DNA from: an uncultured Candidatus Rokubacteria bacterium
GTDB lineage: Bacteria; Methylomirabilota; Methylomirabilia; Rokubacteriales; CSP1-6
Length of the DNA stretch: 64,000 nucleotides
Assembly: GCA_963762145.1 (NCBI GenBank)
Contig: CAVXJS010000009.1
Span: forward strand, 288,001-352,000
Reading direction: 5' to 3'
This document shows, in pieces, positions 59,214 to 64,000 of this stretch; the first letter of the stretch is position 1, and each line of letters opens with the position of its first letter. A model generated the notes under the pieces. The model saw only the letters and a list, made by a program, of their open reading frames with translations, searched no databases and was not told the DNA's origin. Made by a program: the position numbers and the translations under genes.

Positions 59214-59849
59214 ATGACCGATCGCGAAGAGGCGGGACAGAAGGCGCTGGAGTTCTCGGAGAACCTGTGGAAGCGCGGCGACTTCTGGGAGTTCGAGACC
59301 TCGGACTACGAGCGCGCCCGTTTCGCGCGGACGGTCCAGATCCTCCAGGACGCGCGCTTCGCCCGGGGCGTCGAGCTGGGCTGCGGGGCGGGCTACTTCA
59401 CCCGGCTGCTCGCCCCCTACGTGGATCGCCTCGTCGCCTACGACATCTCCCCGACCGCGATCGAGCGCGCCCGGGCCGCGATCGGACCGTCCAGCGCGAT
59501 CGACTTCCGCGCGGGCAACGCCATGGACTACGCGTGGCGCGCCGACGGGCCGTGGGATCTGATAGTGATGAACGACACCATCTGCTATCTCGGGTGGCTG
59601 TACTCGTTCTTCGACATCGCGTGGTTCGCGTCCGAGGTCCACGAGGCGATCCGGCCGGGCGGCCGGTTCCTGATGGCCAACACCATGGACAAGCACGGGT
59701 ACGACAAGCTCCTCCTGCCCCACATCACCCGGAGCTACCGCGATCTCGTCCTCAACGTCGGCTTCACGCTGGATCGGGAGGAGACGATCCAGGGCACGAA
59801 GAATGGGGTGGAGTTCGCGACGCTGATCTCGCTCTTCGCCCGGCGCTGA
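59214..59849 (+). CDS. NodS-like SAM-dependent methyltransferase
   Basis: DFWEFETSDYE, ELGCGAG, DISPTAI, DLIVMNDTICYL. Confidence 0.75.
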   Translation: MTDREEAGQKALEFSENLWKRGDFWEFETSDYERARFARTVQILQDARFARGVELGCGAGYFTRLLAPYVDRLVAYDISPTAIERARAAIGPSSAIDFRAGNAMDYAWRADGPWDLIVMNDTICYLGWLYSFFDIAWFASEVHEAIRPGGRFLMANTMDKHGYDKLLLPHITRSYRDLVLNVGFTLDREETIQGTKNGVEFATLISLFARR

Positions 59850-59870
59850 GGCCTCCCCGGCGTCCTTCGC

Positions 59871-60579
59871 TCAGGCCGCGCCGCCGCTGTCGAGGCACGC
59901 GACCGCGCGCCTGAGCTCGTGGTAGCTGATGAGCTCGACCGCCTGGTCGCGCAGCAGGCCGGGCAGGCGGGGATCGGCGAGGGTCTCACGCTCCCACTCC
60001 CGGTCGCGATGGTAGACGTAGTCCGCGGCCGCGTCGAGGTAGCCGGGATGCACGGCCAGCTCGTAGATGCCGCGCCGGAGCTCGGTGGACAGGATGCGCG
60101 TCGAGCGCCTCGAAGCTCACCTTCTCCGGCTCCGAGACCCCGTACTCCCACTGCCCGTAGAAGCCGCCCTTGAAGGTGACCGGCGGCCGATCGCGCAGCG
60201 GCAGGCCGTGCTCCTCGGCCAGCTCCTGGAAGCTCGCCTTGCATGCGGCCGCCGGTGCACGTGCTGGTGCGAATCGAGATGGGTGGGCGGCCGGCCGGTC
60301 AGGTCCACGAACCGGTCGAACTGCCGGCGCAGCTCGCGCCGGCAGACCGCCGGATCGTCGAACTCCACCAGGCGCTGGGCCTCGTTGGTGAAGTTCACGT
60401 GCAGGCCGAGCGAGAGCCGGGGGCGCGTCGCCGCCAGCGCCACCGCCTCGTCCGTGCCCGGCGTGTTGACCATCAGCGCGGCCGAGGTCACCACGCCCTG
60501 GTCGTGGAGCCTCGGCGATGCCGCGGTTGACCCCGCGGCCGTAGCCGAAGTCGTCCGCGTTGATGATCAGGAATTTCAT
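59871..60579 (-). CDS. ChbG/YdjC/HpnK carbohydrate deacetylase (frameshifted)
   Basis: LIINADDFG, LGLHVN, PTHLDSHQHVH, HPGY. Confidence 0.85.
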
Positions 60580-60597
60580 CCGGCTCTGGCTCCCGGG

Positions 60598-61785
60598 CTA
60601 CAGCCCGATGTCCTCGAGGAGCTTGCCGCAGACGCGTGTGGCCTCCAGGTACTCCTCGGCCACCGCGCGCGCCGCGCGGCACGCGGCGCGCGTAGTCGGA
60701 CTCGATGGTGTCGATGGCCGCCAGCCGATCTCGTCCATGTCGCGAAACGCGAACAGCCCCTTGCCGGTGGGCAGCACGTTCTCGAAGCCGGTGCTCTGGG
60801 CGATCACCGGCTTGCCGGTGGCCAGGTAGCAGGCGTCGCGCTCGCTGAACCAGCCGCTGCGCAGCCGGACGTTCTGGTCCTTGGCCACCGTCCACTCCGC
60901 CCGCGAGGTCCGGAAGAACTCCTGGTAGGTCCGACGGGTCGAGCGAGGCGGCCAGCGGGCTCGTCACCGTCCAGCCGTGGGCTCGCAGCCGGTCGCAGGT
61001 CGGCGGCGTCGTCGATGTTCAGCGCAGAGCTCGAAGCGTTGCCGGGGCCGGCGCCGGGGCAGGTCGAGGAACTTCAGGAACTCGTGGTGCTTGCTCCAGC
61101 GGTAGGTCTCGCCGCGCCAGATCGACGTCGTGGCCGGGCTGCTTCCAGTTGCCGATGGTCGTGTAGCGGGCGGCCGCCGGGTCGAAGGCCATCGGCCAGA
61201 GCTCGAGGTCGATCGGCTGGCGCGTCTTGAGATAGCGGATGCCGGGCGGCAGCGGCACGCCGCAGTCGGGCGCGCCGTAGTTCTCGCCGTAGGTCACGAT
61301 CGTGTCGTGGGCGGCCAGCACCGCGCGCGTCTTCGCCCGCCGGTCGCGAGCTCCAGCTGGTTGGTGACCGGGTCGGTCTCGACGTAGACCCGCCGGCGCG
61401 GCCAGCGCGTGGTCGTCGTTCAGGACGGTGGCGCCGCAGAGGTTGAGCAGCGCGTCGCAGTCGCCGGTAGAGATCGCGCAGGCCGCCGACCGGCAGCCCG
61501 TAGCACTCCTCCCCGCCCCGGTAGAGCGGCCGGTAGGCCCAGCGGTCGCCCAGCCCGATGGCGCGACAGCGGTGCGGTGCAGGTACCGGGCGGCGTACGC
61601 GGGGTCGTCGGCTGATCGTGTCGGTGACGCGGGTCGTACGGCCACGTGGCGTCGTCCTCGACGTACCAGACGTCGTGCCCGAGCCGCTGGAAGCCGCGCA
61701 GCCAGTTGAGATAGAGCCAGGTCTGCCCGCCGAACGGGCAGCGGCCCATCATGCCGAGGACGACGAGCACCCGGCGGCGGGCCAC
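60598..61785 (-). CDS. GT-B glycosyltransferase-like protein (heavily frameshifted)
   Basis: PFGGQTWLYLNWL.G..RLGHDVWYVED; C-terminal GWFSERDACYLATGKPVI. Confidence 0.65.
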
Positions 61786-63613
61786 CTACCGCTCCTCCGG
61801 CGACGGCGGCGGCCGCGGACTCGGCTCCGTGCCGCTGCCAGAGATCGGCGTACGCGCCGCGCCGGGCCATCAGCTCGTCGTGGGGCCCTGCTCGACGATG
61901 GCGCCGTCCTCGATCACCACGATGCGGTCGCAGCGGCGGGCGGTGCTCAGCCGGTGCGCGATCACGAGCGCGGTCCGCCCGCGCAGCAGCTCCTCGAGGT
62001 TCTCGCCAGACCTTGGCCTCGGTGGCCACGTCGAGCGCGCTGGTCGGCTCGTCCAGGATCGACGATCGGCGCGTCGCGCACGAGCGCCCGCGCCAGGGCC
62101 AGGCGCTGGCGCTGGCCGCCGGAGAGCGTCGAGCCGTCCTGGCCCAGGATCGTGTCGTAGCCCTGCGGCAGCTCCTGGATGAAGGACTCGGCCTCGGTGC
62201 GGCGGGCCGCCTCCCGCACCTTCGCGGGATCCGCGTTCCGCGAGCCCCACGCGATGTTCTCGAACGCGGTGGCCCGGAAGATGATCGGCTCCTGCAGCAT
62301 CAGGGTGACCTGACGCCGGAGCGACGCCAGGCGTGACCCGGCGCAGATCGTGGCCGTCGATGGTGACGCGTCCGCGCTGGGGATCGAAGAAGCGCAGCAC
62401 GAGCCCGGCCAGGGTGCTCTTGCCCGCCCCGGTGCGCCCCACGATGGCCACGTGCTCGCCGGGCTCGATGCGCAGGTCGATGTCGCGAAGCACCGGCCGG
62501 CCGTCGTCGTAGGCGAAGCTCACGTTCTCGAACCGGATCTCGCCGGTGATCGGCGGGAGCGGTCTGCGCGTCGGGGGCGTCCTTGACGTCGAGCTCGGTG
62601 TCGAGCACCGAGAAGACGCGCTCCAGGCCCACCCGGGCCGAGCTGATCTCGGCGAAGTTCTGGCTGAGGCTCAGGATGGGCTGGTAGAGATCGCGCAGGT
62701 AGGACAGGAACACGGTCAGCTCGCCGATGGTCAGGGCGCCGCTCATCACCCGCAGCGCGCCGAGCCACACGATCGCGGCGGTGCCCGCGGCCAGGAGGGA
62801 CTCCACCACCAGCACGAACAGGGTCTCCGTCCCGTAGAGGCGGAGCGACAGGGCCAGGCTCTTCTCGCTGCCGGCCCGGAAGTCCTGCACCACCCGGTCC
62901 TCGCGCCCGTAGGCCTGCACCAGCTTCACCGCCCCGATGGCGGTCTCCGCGCGGCTGTAGAGGTCGCTCTCGGCCTCCTTGGCCGCGGTCGCGTGGCCGT
63001 GGATCCGGATCGTCAGCCAGCGGATCGCGAGGTACAGCGGCGGGCTCACCACCAGGGCCACGCAGGCCAGCACCCAGTCGTAGCGCAGCATGACCACGAA
63101 CATCCCGGTCAGCATCAGCGCCGCGCTGATCAGCGGCAGGGCTCCATTCATCACGATGCCCTGGATCGCGTAGGTATCGGCCATCACCCGGAAGAGCAAA
63201 TCGCCGGTCTGCTGCTTGTTGTGAAACCGGAGCGAGAGCTTCTGCAGGTGGGTCCAGATCGCGAGGCGCAGGTCGTTGACCATGCGCTGGCCCACGTCGA
63301 TCGAGATGTGGTTCGCCAGCATCGTGGTCATGCCGCGGCAGACCGCGATCAGCACGATCGCCGCGGCGGCGAGCCCGAGCTGGGCCATCGGGGCGAGCTG
63401 CGCGAACCACGGCCCGAGGAGCGCGGGGGGCGGCTTGTTGCCGAGGATGCTGTCGAGCACGATGGCCAGCGGCAGCGGCTTGGCCAGATCCAGGGCGATG
63501 CCGAGCGCCGAGAGCCCGAACCCCATCGTCATGGGGGCGCGGTGGGGGCGCGCGTACCGGGCGATACGCGGAAGCAGGGCCAGGAGGCCGCGCGATCCGG
63601 CGACGCCGGTCAT
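61786..63613 (-). CDS. ABC exporter, fused permease/ATPase (MsbA-like), frameshifted
   Basis: TM domain, GRTGAGKST, LSGGQRQR, IAHRLST. Confidence 0.88.
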
Positions 63614-63714
63614 GGGAGTGCCCTCGGCTGACGGTGTCTCATCGGTGGTGTAACTCCACGGCGGTGGACGGCGTTCCCCCGTCCATTACACGGATTTTCG
63701 CACATCCGGATAGC

Positions 63715-64000
63715 TCACGGATAGATCTGCCGGTACGCCAGGCGGGCCCGCTCCCCCGCCCCGCCGAAGCGGGCGTTGTAGTCCCGGGTCATCGCCCGCA
63801 GCGTGTCGGACCGGACGAAGGCCTGCAGCGACGCCTCGGAATCGAACTCGTAGCAGACCATGTACTGCCACGGCTCCGCGCCGGCGTGGTCGCTCTCGAG
63901 CGACAGCGCAGCGTAGCGTCGCATCCCGAGACAGCCGGGGACCTGGGCCGCCTCCCGCGACCGGACCGTGTCGTACCAGTGGTTGAAGGCCGCCTCGAGC
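63715..64000 (-). CDS. EthD/DUF4286-like protein, 5' end cut by the window edge
   Basis: AFNHWYD...VPGCL..RRY...YMVCYEF. Confidence 0.65.
   Translation of the reverse strand, partial: LEAAFNHWYDTVRSREAAQVPGCLGMRRYAALSLESDHAGAEPWQYMVCYEFDSEASLQAFVRSDTLRAMTRDYNARFGGAGERARLAYRQIYP

Overview
This is a very GC-rich bacterial window. The expanded ABC substrate-binding, LLM, AKR and TauD families suggest a soil bacterium such as Ca. Rokubacteria (Methylomirabilota), but that is inference. Many genes carry single-base frameshifts that look like uncorrected long-read indels, mostly at 36-42 kb and 57-63 kb. Most of the window encodes metabolism, signalling and transport. The main highlight is a compositionally distinct island at about 505-6212. 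It holds a PEP-CTERM protein, a duplicated-domain membrane protein, a VAO/PCMH-type 4-phenol flavo-oxidase, a FeeM-like N-acyl amino acid synthase and an unannotated mini PEP-CTERM ORF, with sigma-54 promoter motifs. This resembles a compact N-acyl-tyrosine to enamide (enol ester) lipid pathway linked to the PEP-CTERM system. Other highlights are a hidden AhpD/CMD-family selenoprotein (CxxU plus a SECIS-like hairpin), a Rho factor whose RNA-binding domain is replaced by an Arg-rich/GQ-repeat segment, ten sigma-54-like promoters, two MITE/REP-like hairpin elements and a poly-HAMP hybrid kinase with 276-bp repeats. I recognised no rRNA, tRNA, CRISPR array or transposase.
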